A stretch of DNA of 63,688 bases, the filler included, from Reticulomyxa filosa (lineage: Eukaryota; Protista; Foraminifera), in assembly GCA_000512085.1 (NCBI GenBank). It is 15 parts of 15 records of this genome, joined end to end, with 100 filler letters (N's around TTAATTAATTAA, not from the genome) between each part and the next. Parts side by side here need not be neighbours in the genome. Positions count along the whole stretch, not along the records: positions 46,224 to 57,457 come from ASPP01005180.1; positions 57,558 to 62,040 come from ASPP01016159.1; positions 62,141 to 63,688 come from ASPP01004113.1; 12 more parts are not named here. One strand, given 5' to 3'. Made by a program: the position numbers and the translations under genes. The notes below the pieces were generated by a model, which was not told where the DNA came from, searched no databases, and saw nothing but the letters and a program-made list of their open reading frames with translations. Shown one piece after another: positions 52,109-63,688 of the stretch; the stretch's first letter is position 1; the number at the start of each line of letters is the position of its first letter.

Positions 52109-55100
52109 ATCGTCGTCACTATCATCTTTCTTTTGAAGAGTTGGTCTTCTTTGCTCTGATCCTGCGTACAGATTAGGCTCATTGGAAGTAGCTTCCTCTT
52201 TCAATTTATCGTGTCCCATTGGCTCCTTCGGCTGATTTGATGTTTTGTTGTCAGATGCGACATTTGGATTTGGGGAAGGTTCGCCTTTGCCTATTTGTGG
52301 TGACTCGGTTTTGAATAGCGAATCTATTGAATATCCCCGTTTAGTATTGTACATACATAAAATGAAATATGTATGTACAAATATGTGCACGTTATTCATA
52401 TATTGTACACGTATTCATTTACTCAATGTGTTGTTTCGCTGACCTAAATTGACTCTATTTGCAACAGCTTGTCCATCCCGAACTCGGGCTTTCATTTCCT
52501 CCTCTGCAACCTGACGACTTGCAGAATATTCTTCATGGTCATAGCAAAACACTTGCAAAAACTCATCAGGATTACGTAGTTCTGTTAGATACGCCAAACA
52601 TATCCACATTACAATTAAGTGTTACAAGCATGGGCAAGACAAGGCAAGACAATCCAAAAAAAAAAAAAGTAACCTGATTTGAGTTCTTCGGGAGTCATTA
52701 AATTCAACACATGCTCACAATAAATTTGTAGGCTCTTTGCTGTTTTATATATGCCCTCTTTTTCGGGATGGAGGATGTAGTTTCGCAACCATACTTTTCG
52801 AAGATCATTTACAAAGTCGTGTAGTGTCTTATATTTATTATCATTCACTTTTTTCTTTGGAACATCCATACAAAGACAAACAAACAAGAAAAAAAAAAGA
52901 AAGGTTTGTACATTGACACGAGATTAATTAAAACGGATATCTCATTGTCGCTTTCAAATCGCCTCTAAACAGACTCAACTGAAATGGTTCCAATGTCCAA
53001 ATGCTCTATAACATTTTTATCCTCATCCGATATGTGTACAAATTCCTTGATAAAATCGTGGGTGTATCCTTCTTGCAGGATGTGCTGAATCATTGCGCGC
53101 ATAATCTCCCCTGCGTTCAAGTGTTTTCGAAGTGAGTTTTTTTGGATCATTTCCTTCATCTCGTCACTCAATCTGCTATCGGTGATATCTGGCAACGAGT
53201 GATGGGAACTGACTGAAGTTCCGCTTAAAACTGTCGCGCTCGACGTCCCTCGAAATGTCTTTGCGGTTGTCACGGTTTGATTGTCTGTGGCTATTGGAGC
53301 GTCACTGTTTCCAGAGACAGGAGCAATTGAGGGATGAGAAGTGGATCCCACGGCAATCGATTTGTCTACAAATGCTGTGTGTGAAGGGGCTATCGGCATC
53401 ACAGTCGAGAAATTCACTGCTGTCGCTGCTACTGTTGGCATCCCTTGGGGTGCAGGGGGCCTTTCCACGGTTGATGGCTGCGCAGTAATGATTTGCGATG
53501 TGTCGATATGAGAATGAGGCTGCGCAGTAGAGCGAACTTGTGTCGTGGAGGGTGTCGGCCCGTCGCTTATTGGTGCAGGTTGCATCACTATCTGAGGATA
53601 TGGCTTTTGAATTAGTATTTGTGGATATGGATTCGGGATTATTTCTGTTCCACCAACATTAATGGCATTGAGGTTGATTATGCCTGGGATATTGTTCGGA
53701 ATGGGATTGCTTTTGTTGTTGATTGTGTTATTGGTAGCGTTATTGGGATTATTGTTATTCATATTAACATTATTATTAATATTATTGTTATTATTGTTAT
53801 TGCTATTATTGACATTATTATTGACACTATTGTTATTATTTGTATTTGCATTATTGTTGCTGTTATTGTTATTGTTGTTATTGCTATTATTATTATTATT
53901 ATTGTTATTATTATTAGGGTTGTTATTGCTATTTGGCGATACAGTACTCACATACGGCATCATTTGGGGCCAATACAACGGCATTCCAATAGGAACAAGA
54001 GACATCATCGTTCGATATTGCATTTCTTGGAGCATTCGCATGAGATCCACTTGATTCATGCTTGTGGAAAGATTCATAACCGAGTTGATATTGTGATCGT
54101 TGTTGGTATTATTCATAGTGAGGATAGGGGTATTGCCAGCACCGCTGGCAATAACAGCACCATTGAAAAGATTTGCATTGTCAACGTTGGCAAGTTGAAC
54201 AAGTTGATCAGGGTTGATTATTCCTCCGTTCATCAAGTTTGAAACAGGATTTGCTGTCGCGACTCCATGACGACCACTTGCTACTGGGACCGATGTACCC
54301 GGAGGACAAACATTGGAATTGTTGACGACAGAGGCATTGGGCAGAGAAACCCCTTTCACGTCTAACACAAAGCGATATTTCAATATGTGATACAATGTAA
54401 GCAATGTTACGAACACTGACGACAAAGAAGAGCGAAAGCACACACACACACACACACACAAAACAACAATAAAAAAAAGTACAACTTAATCACCTGAGGT
54501 CGAGCAAATCTTGCGCTTTTTATTGGAAGGTCCATCACTAGGACCTAATGATTGTTTGCCAGTGTTAAGTTGCTGTTGAGAGTCGTTTGTAATTTCAGCT
54601 TTCATTTCGTCATGACTTCGTTTTAAGCTACGATTTTGTGTGGATTGTGATTGCGGTAAGGAAGCTGTAGCGATGAGGGAGGCCGTTGTTGTCGTTGCTG
54701 TTGCTGTTGTTGTTGCTGTTGCTGTTGCTGTTGTTATTGTTGGCGTCGTTGCTGCTGTTATAATGTGCATAGGTGGAGACGAGGAGAAATGTTCATTGCC
54801 TTTGGCAATGGGTATAGGAGCAATAGGAATGGAGAGCTGCGGATTTGGAAACGGTAAATAGGTGTTGTTTAGTTCCTCCAGTTCGATTAATTCATCGTCT
54901 TTACTCTTTTCAAATGTCATTTTGTTGATAACAGGAGGGGTTTGTCCTTGTGGCGTTTTTTTGTTTCCCACTTGTTTTGTCTTTGCGTTTTGTTCCATTT
55001 TTGCCTTTCATTAAGTCGTGCGTGTAATGACGATTGGTGTTGTCGTTCTCGCTGTTGTCATCACTGTCCTCACTACTATGTGATTGTCTCGCCATTTTGC

Positions 55101-57326
55101 TCACTTCTTCCTTTTCCGTCTTTATATTGACTTGAGGCGGATAGGCCTTTCCATTTTTCCCGTCAGTTTGTTTCATGCTCTCACTTTCAAACAAAAACAT
55201 CCGAGCACATATGTCAAAGCAAATATATACATACACACACTCCTTTCTTCCATTGCAAAGCAAAATACAATATTTAACTTATTTTTCGACGCAAACTCGG
55301 CAGGGCCGACCGAGGATGGCGGAAGAGCAGGGTTCGTTTTTGCCCTCCCTCCCGTCGGCTGGTCATCTTTGCTTCGCTTGTGCGTTTTGACCGATGTAGC
55401 TTTGGCTGTGACATTGGCTGTGGCATTGGCAGGGGATAATTTCTTCAACTTGTCCAATGGATTGCTGTCGTTCTTTGCTGTACTTAATTTCTCACTCATC
55501 ACAATTGCAGATGGTTCGGTTTCATTTTCATCTTGTGTTCTTCCTCCCCACTGTACTCTTTTTTATGTTTGTTATCACTGTTATTGTTTTGTGATTCATC
55601 CCTGATTCCTGGGGAAGAACTATGTCACATTTTTTTGATATATCATTGCACAAAAACAAAAAGGTCTTCTTTTTTTTTTTAAAAAAAAAGGATCCAATTG
55701 ACCTAAACACACGTACAACATATAGCATTACTTGTGCTTACTGCCTTTATGCTTTTTGTCTTTTTGTCGAAGCAACGAAGTACATGTCGCTGTGGGGGTC
55801 ACATAGCTCTTGACCTTTAACTCTTCCACAGCTTCGCTCATCAATTTACTTTATTGATTTCGTTTTGTTTTGTTTTGTGACATTGTTGTATTGCGCATGC
55901 ATGGATTTTATGAAATAAAACAAAAACAATGTTTCTAACTTCCATTTCTTTTCCAATGCCTTTCCGGAATTGTGACATTCATCTGAAGGGTTATTGAATT
56001 GGTAACAGTTACCCCAAATCAATGCAACATCTTGGGCAAATTCTCCCAATTTGTGATAGCCATTTTTTTCCAATTTCAACTTTTCCTTATTTTTAAAAAA
56101 AAAAAAAAGCAAAGGTTGCAAAAATGTACGTTTTTACAAGCATCACATAAGCAACAATAGAACATACAGAAATGGTAAAAAAATCCATGGGATATTTAAT
56201 GGTCTCGTAATAATTCTGGATTCCCCTCACAGGAAATGCGAACCAATGGTAATTCTTTTCGTCATGTGAAATTTTTTGAATTTGTTGGGCCATAAGTCTT
56301 TCCACAAAATAATCGATTACTACGTCTGCCGGATCATTTTGCGTTACCGCCGGTTTTACGTATTGATATCGCCTTCTATCTCTTTTGTCGATATTGCACA
56401 TGGAATCCAATTTGATTTCAATCATCATTTTTTTTTTTTTTTGGAATAAATACATAAATAAATGATATAAACAAAACATCAATCTACTCAACGTCGCTTG
56501 CTGTTTGAATTTGCAGCTCTTGGAAGGGTGCCACTATGTATGGCGACGCGATATTCGCATATATGTGTATATAAGTGCATATTTGTATATGATGCATTGT
56601 CAAACAATTAGAAGTGGAAATGAACAATCAAAATAGGAAGACAACAGAGTGAGAACGAGATTGACCAATAAAGAAACAGGAGAATAGCATTGAGTGAGTG
56701 GAAGACATAAAGGAGTGAGGAGAGAGAGAGAGAGGGAAAAAACAACAAACAAACAAACAAACAGATAAACAAAGTGCCGACGAAAATCCTCACAACTTAC
56801 TCAACAAATTCTGAAACAGGAATGGTCAAATTTTCAAAACATGTTGGACATAAAGGATGAGCACAATTTTTGCAGAAATAATGGACATTGGCGTCGGTGT
56901 GATTGAAACATTGAAATCCTACTTGATTCATTGCTTTATTGCAAATACCACAATTGACGTTCGGTTGTGCCATTCGAACTTCACGACACAAATTGAAACA
57001 TTGAGGGCACTCTGTCAGTTCATTTCGAAATTCTTTGGCTGGAAACCAGTGACCCCTCACCTTTTACACACCCACACATGCGTTTATATATATACATATA
57101 CACATATATGTATATGTATGTATATAATATCACATAGAACACACTCCACAAAAGTACAATCGATTCGAATCATCTCATTCAACACGAAACTGTCCGACTA
57201 TTGATCAAATCTTCAAAGTTATTCAACAGCCTTGCCGCTTCGACATACCACGTCGTGGGGGCTTCGTTGTACTTTTTCGAGTTTTCAAACACTGTGTAAA
57301 TGTCTTTGATTAGTTGTTTTGGCTTG
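48581..57326 (-). CDS. Large multi-exon, multi-bromodomain protein with a Cys-rich finger and poly-N/poly-D tracts, 5'-truncated; three -1 frame breaks
   Basis: Canonical bromodomain WFAFPV..YYETIKYPMDF..FAQDVALIWGNCYQFN; further copies DIYTVFENSKKYN, LDIGTI..FVNDLRKVWLRN and PISFHDIQ..YRSNEEFKKDM; CxxC cluster at 56797-57060. Confidence 0.8.
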
Positions 57327-57557
57327 CTATACACATTTTCTGCAATTTGTCGCTAAAGCCAAACATGCAAATACACACCACCCCAAGCAAATGTCAAGTT
57401 GTTTTAAGTTAATCAAAACTTTGGAAGATCTTTTTTTTTTTTTTTTTTTTGAGAATTNNNNNNNNNNNNNNNNNNNNNNNNNNNNNNNNNNNNNNNNNNN
57501 NTTAATTAATTAANNNNNNNNNNNNNNNNNNNNNNNNNNNNNNNNNNNNNNNNNNNN

Positions 57558-60500
57558 AAAAAAATGACGTGGCTCCAAACTTAAACTCAAACACATAAAC
57601 AGTCGATTTGTACAAGTTTGTGCGATAAACATCGGCAAATTGCGCAGAAAGAGTTGCAATTATTTGCAGAGAGGACTCGCAACAAGTGCCAAGAGATCAC
57701 CAACCAGTTGTCTGCCGCGCAAAAGCAAATAAAGAAGCCTTGCGAAAATGTGGAAAAATTGGTCGAAACGCGTGCGTTTATTGCGACGGTGCCAAACGTT
57801 GTCAGCTCTCTGCAGCCGCAAATCAACGACTGTATGCGACGATTTGACATTTTGGAGCAATTCAATTTCAAGTTTCTTTTTTTTTTTTTTTTTTTAACGT
57901 ATATAGCAAAGAGTGGCACATTAATATTCGTCATTAAAAAAAAAAAAAAGGTTTGATCGGTCTGATATCCGCGTTCGGTGGACGACCTTCGCATGGCCAA
58001 AAAATATCAATGACACCATTCAACAAGCTCAAACAGTATTGTTGGAAGTGCAAAAAGATCATTTGAAAGAATTGCGCCAACAACAAGAAGTTCAACCACT
58101 AACAACAACAACAATAAAAAGAGTCCATTTGATTTCGGTTGTTTATTTATCTTTTTTGAAATAAATAATTTTTAAAAAACAAAACAGGAATTTGTAAATG
58201 ACTTCAATACTGCAAAAATCGACGTGCAAGACTTTGAGGGTTTATTTGACTTGCAAAAGTTACCAATGTTTGCGGAAAAGGCGCGCGGACTCCAAAAAAT
58301 ATTGACCGAGTTGCAACTCAAAACGCAAACATTCAATCAGAAAGAAGTTTCGCTTGATGTTCAGCCGACTGATTACCAAGAGTTGACCGCGGTGATGAAA
58401 CAATTTGAGCCGTTTTATACGTTGTGGACCACCGCCGAAAATTGGAGCAAAGCTCATGGACGATATTTCATTCAATCATTTCAAGAGACTGATCCTTTCC
58501 AAGTGGAAAAGGTTTGCTTTTTTTAAAATCTCTCATACAAAAAAAAAATTATATATCATACCTCTTCTTTCCTATTTTTATTATATCAACAAACAAACGA
58601 AAAACTTACGCATACTCAACAGGAAGTTGACTCGCTTCACAAAGCATTTATCAAAACTCTACGTAGTCCGAGTATCAAAAATAACGTAAAAGTAAGCCAA
58701 ATTTGCCAAGGCTTTTGTCACCAAATTGAAAAATTCAAGCCGCATATGCCACTGATCGTTGCATTGGGCAACGATGGCATGCGTGACCGCCACTGGGAAA
58801 CTTTGAGTCAAAAGCTTGGAATGGAGTTAAAGCCTACTCCTGATCTCAATTTGCGAAAAGCTTTGAACGAGTATAAATTGGACCAACACATTGCAGTGAT
58901 ATCCAAAGAAGGTGAAAAAGCTGCCAAAGAATTTGAGATTGAAAAGGCTTTGGACAAGATGGAGGCACAATGGCAAGGCGTCCAATTTGTCGTGGAGCCT
59001 CATAAAAATACCAGTAATATATTTATTTACTAATGCATAATAAGACCAAAAAATAATATTTTGATTGGATGCTTCGCAAAAAAAAAAAAAAAAGAAACGT
59101 ATCGTTTATCTGAAGTGGACGTGATAATGCAACAATTGGACGAACATCGCGTGGCCACACAAGCAATGCAATTTTCTATTTTCAAAGGTCCGTTCGAGAC
59201 CCGCATTGCCGATTGGGACGCAAAGTTGTCATTGATTTCCGAAGTCGTGGACGAGTGGCTTGTCGTCCAGCGCAATTGGCTGCACTTACAGCCCATTTTC
59301 GAATCTGCTGACATTATGAAACAGCTGCCCGTAGAAGGAAAAAAATTCAATCAAGTCGATAGAATGTGGAGACAAGCAATGGAATCAGTTATTTATTACA
59401 TCCATTTTAATTTAATTTTTTTTTTTTTTTTGCAAAGAAAAAACAAAATGTATACAGTGCAGAAGCAAGAAAACATTTGTATACGTTGTTTTTTTTTGGG
59501 GTTGCTTCCACATTTTCTTTAAAATGAAAAAAAAAAGGCTTTGAAAAATCCAAATGTCCTATCGTTTGCAGACAACAACGGATTATTATTGAAATTTAAA
59601 GATGCCACAAGAACTTTGGAACAAGTACAAAAAGGCTTGTCCGATTATTTGAACACAAAGCGTGCAGCTTTTGCACGCTTTTACTTTTTATCAGATGACG
59701 AGCTGTTGCAAATCTTGTCACAAGCCAAAGATGTCACGGCAGTGCAGCCACACATTAAAAAATGTTTCGAAAATATTCACAAATTGGAGTTTGACAAAAA
59801 CTTACAAATCACTGCCATGCTATCGGCAAGTGAGGAACGCTTCCCTTTCGTTAAGCTTGCAAAAAAAAAAAGATTGGGTGAGATAACTCTTCCCTCGCTC
59901 TTCTTCTCTTTGCTACTCTCCCCTTTGGTAGGTTTGACACAATAGTAGTTGTAATGATAACAGGATACAGCAATCAATCCCTGCAGCTTGCCAGTGGAGA
60001 CGTGGCTTGGTGAGGTAGAGAAAATGATGGTTCGATCGTTGAAAACGCAACTTCACAAGTCGTTGGAAGAATACAATGCCATGGCTCGTACGGAGTGGAT
60101 TAAACGGTCATTTGGACAATGTGTGCTCACTTCAAGTCAGGTGGCATGGACCAATGAGGTCGAGCAAGCCCTGACTGAAGGAGGTAGAAAAGGGGTCCAA
60201 AAGTTAAAACTTAAAAACTCAGTCCTAAAATAAAACTACTTTGCTCTGAAGTTGTATCTTTAAATACTTACAACAATAAAATGCAGCTATTTGGAAAAAA
60301 TGAAAAAAGAAATGTCTGCTACCGTGGAAATGGTACGTGGAAAATTGGACAAGTTGGTCCGAATGAATGTTGGGGCATTGGTGGTCTTGGACGTACACAA
60401 TTTGAACACCGTAGAAATGATGTGTCAAAAGCAAGTCGAGAACGTGAGCGATTTCATGTGGATTTCCCAATTGAGATACTATTATCTAAAAGACGAAAAT

Positions 60501-61918
60501 GATAAAAAGAAGAAGACTAATAACAATAACAGCAATGATAGCAGCGATAATGACTCGAAAATTATCGTAAAAATGGTGCAAGCAGACTTTCCTTATGGAT
60601 ACGAATACCAAGGCAATTCACCACGATTAGTTATCACTCCTTTGACTGAGCGATGTTACATGACCTTAATGACCGCTTTGCAGCTTCATTTGGGAGGAGC
60701 GCCGGTCGGTCCCGCAGGAACTGGCAAAACCGAAACCGTCAAAGATTTGGCAAAAAATGTGGCCAAGCAATGTGTTGTATTTAACTGTTCGGACTCTTTA
60801 GGTTTGCACCCTTTTTTTTTTAAAAAAAAAAAAAAATAAAAGCGATACATTTATCTTCAAAAAAAAAAAAAATGTGTGAAATGACCAGATCATTTGGCAA
60901 TGGCAAAGTTCTTCAAAGGCTTGGCGATGAGCGGGGCCTGGGCATGTTTCGATGAATTCAATCGCATTGACGTGGAAGTGCTGTCAGTGGTGGCACAGCA
61001 AATCTCAAGCGTCTGGAATGCGATTCGAGCACATAAGCAAACCTTTGTGTTTGAGTCGACAGAAATCAGCTTGAACCCCACAACCAGTGTCTTCATCACC
61101 ATGAATCCGGGCTACGCCGGACGCAGTGAGTTGCCAGACAACCTGGTGGCACTCTTCCGTCCTGTTGCCATGATGGTACCGGATTATAGTCTGATCGCCG
61201 AAATATTGCTTTATTCCTACGGCTTTAACTCCGCGCAGCTCTTATCTAAAAAAATGGTGGCGACGTTCCGGCTCTGTTCTGAGCAGCTGAGTACGCAAGA
61301 TCACTACGATTACGGCATGAGGGCCGTCAAGTCCGTCATTGTGCAGGCCGGGACGTTGAAAAAAAGATACCCCGATATGGACGAAGAATTGATTCTTTTG
61401 AGGTCTATTTAAATAAATATATGTGTATACGTACGTATACGTATACTTATTTCTATTATGATCGATTTTAAATGCCAAACAAAACATACCAACATATGTA
61501 TATATATATATATATATATTAGGGCTTTATGCGATGCCAATGTACCCAAATTTTTGAAACAAGACTTGCAGTTGTTCAATGGGATCATATCGGACCTGTT
61601 CCCGGGAAAGACTCAAAATGCAACCGATTATGGCATTCTAATGAGCACGCTTTTGCAAACGATCAAGAATCACAAGCTGCAGGCTAAGGACGATTTCGTG
61701 ACCAAGGTGATGCAGCTGTACGACGTGCTTGGCGTCCGTCACGGAGTCATGTTAGTGGGACCGACCGGCGGGGGCAAAACCAGCAACTTGCACGTCCTGA
61801 AAGACACCTTGTGCAAGCTGGACGGAGTGGCCTCATTTTCTAAAGTTGACCTGTACACATTGAATCCCAAGGCCATTTCTATGGGCGAGTTATATGGTGA
61901 ATTTGATCCAATCACTCA
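57558..61918 (+). CDS. Axonemal inner-arm (single-headed, DNAH1/3/7-type) dynein heavy chain, internal fragment of ~10 exons
   Basis: [33 protein letters not shown]1 [38 protein letters not shown]2 GPTGGGKT. Confidence 0.95.
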
Positions 61919-61982
61919 GTTTCAATTTTTTTTTTTTTTTGTTTGACAAGGTCTTGCAAAAAGATTGACACAAGACGTATAC

Positions 61983-62014
<32 letters not shown>

Positions 62015-62140
62015 TTTTTTTAAAAAAAAAAAATAAAAAANNNNNNNNNNNNNNNNNNNNNNNNNNNNNNNNNNNNNNNNNNNNTTAATTAATTAANNNN
62101 NNNNNNNNNNNNNNNNNNNNNNNNNNNNNNNNNNNNNNNN

Positions 62141-63688
62141 AATATGGGGAAAATAGGGGGAAAATAGGGGAAAAATAGGGGAAAAAATCATAAAATTTTA
62201 TTTAAGAAAAATGTAGAAAAATTCGTATAAATTTTATTTAAGAAAAATAAAAAAATTAGAAAATAGTAAAAATAAAAGAATGAGAAAAAAAAATTAGAAA
62301 TGTTGAAAAATTTAAAAAAAAAAATGGCAATTTGAAAAAAAAAAGATTAAAAAGAGAAAAATAAAAAAGAATAAAAAGAGAAAAAGTAAAAGGGAGAAAG
62401 GGGTGGAAATGAAGAAAGAGAAGAAAGGAGCTCGCGTTGGACCTGCTATGATAATTGTTGGTGGCCAGCGCCAAAGTTTGGCTTTTTTCATGACGTCCGC
62501 TTATCACTTGTTCGTTGGCGCATGTGGTCAAAGTTCGACGTCTTCGTTATCAACACAAAAATTGGGAACTCGTGCGGAAATGAATTGTGTGCGTACGCAC
62601 ATTCGCAACTGTGGATCTTGGTCAGTGCTATGTGGAACGGTTGGACAAGATTCTTTCATTTCAAGCTCTGAAAGTTGGCTCTTACTATCAGACAATGAAA
62701 GAAAGCTCAGTGAGAAGAAAAAAAAGATTGTTATATCGTACGAAGTGGCGGAGGACTTGTGACGAAACTCATTTAACACAGTGGCAAGCAAGAAAAAGAT
62801 GTGTAAGAGAATAATGAATAGAAGAAAAAAAATGGCAAGTACGTATTGCTTTGAATTTGTTTTTTTTTAAAATAACTTGTCAGATGGATTTGTTGAATGT
62901 TGCTATAGAATTGTCCTTCATAACTAGAAACGCGCAAAGTCGCCACTCGCCGGCGTGAACCAACTTCACATATCGCGCCACAATGGAAAACTCTAAATGA
63001 TTGCGGCAATTTCAAGCAGTAACAGTTCGAGGCATTGTAAAGAGCGCTTGACATCAACACAGGCGCACAAAAGTTTCTACGGATAATAGTTGGCGCAGCA
63101 AAGCATCAAAGAAGGTGTCGAACTGCGTCTGTAGGCGCCAATGAACATTGAAGACTTGGTGGTTATGAAAATCGCGCTAATTTTGATAACGTAAAGATTG
63201 AGCATTCTTGTAAAAACTGGTCGTGCGCGCACATTCGCGACTTGTGTTTTGGGCCTTGCGTATACTGATGGGAGAGGCCTTGAGCTCGCGAAACATTGGA
63301 CATTGTTAATTGGTGGAAAAAAAAAAAGATAGCTAGTTGTATTTTCCGATTCAGTCGATGCAAGATTTGTGTGCCTTGCGTTTGTCGAACGAACGCCTGT
63401 TATCTTTGCCGAATTGCCTCCAAGATCAACTACGTGTTTGGTAGCATTCAAAAAAATCAAGAAATGGAAAACGAAGAATGAAAGAGCGCGAACATGGTTT
63501 AAAAAATAATCGATATTGCGATCGAGCAATAACTACATTGGGAGAATCATTCTATGTAAGAACGCTTTGCCGAAACTCCAAGACACCGGCAAGAAAGAAG
63601 AGAAAGAGGGGGGATGATGATGATAAGAAGAAAAATATCGTCAAATCCGTATCAAGTTGGATTTGCATAAAGAAAAAAAAAAAAAAAA
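62141..63688 (+). repeat. Second copy of the leader plus degenerate unit family seen at 38580-41392
   Basis: Shared leader (ttttatttaagaaaa; tgttgaaaaatttaaaa) and unit motifs (gcacattcgc at ~62598 and ~63229; gccttgcgtttgtc; caagacaccg.caag). Confidence 0.7.

Noticed and set aside
53619-54242. Long poly-Leu/Ile plus-strand ORFs (also 762-1067, 46999-47463 and 51875-52159)
   Set aside because: These are antisense shadows of poly-Asn or Lys/Glu/Asp low-complexity coding sequence.
62145-62185. GGGGAAAATA repeats as telomeric repeats
   Set aside because: Only about four irregular copies, and they form part of the repeat-family leader also seen near 38590.

Overview
This window is not one locus. 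It is 15 assembly contigs joined by an artificial N44-TTAATTAATTAA-N44 spacer, so genes on different contigs are not linked. Fourteen contigs come from an AT-rich, intron-rich eukaryote; the kelch-family signature, divergent actin and intron style point to a foraminiferan/rhizarian such as Reticulomyxa (inference). One contig (25810-27201) is a GC-rich bacterial oppC-oppD fragment. Recognisable eukaryotic genes: CNOT10, a kelch protein, TMX3-like thioredoxin, an acylated EF-hand protein, a degenerate RNA-dependent RNA polymerase (RDR)-like gene, a Nudix hydrolase, a Thg1-like protein, COMMD4, beta-mannosidase, GHITM, PRORP, a CASD1-like acetyltransferase, actin, a FYRN/FYRC protein, a multi-bromodomain protein and an inner-arm dynein heavy chain. 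There are also two Tc1-derived elements, two LINE fragments, pseudogenes and an unidentified ~1 kb repeat family. Most notable: (1) ten same-polarity -1 frame breaks at short A/T runs in four otherwise intact genes (recoding/editing or homopolymer error); (2) an RDR with a remodelled catalytic motif (DLSDD) plus a zinc finger; (3) a PRORP lacking all zinc ligands; (4) a Thg1-like protein with an AIMP1-like zipper; (5) a GTT-dominated donor and poly-A acceptor splice code. All calls are by-eye motif recognition; no searches were run.
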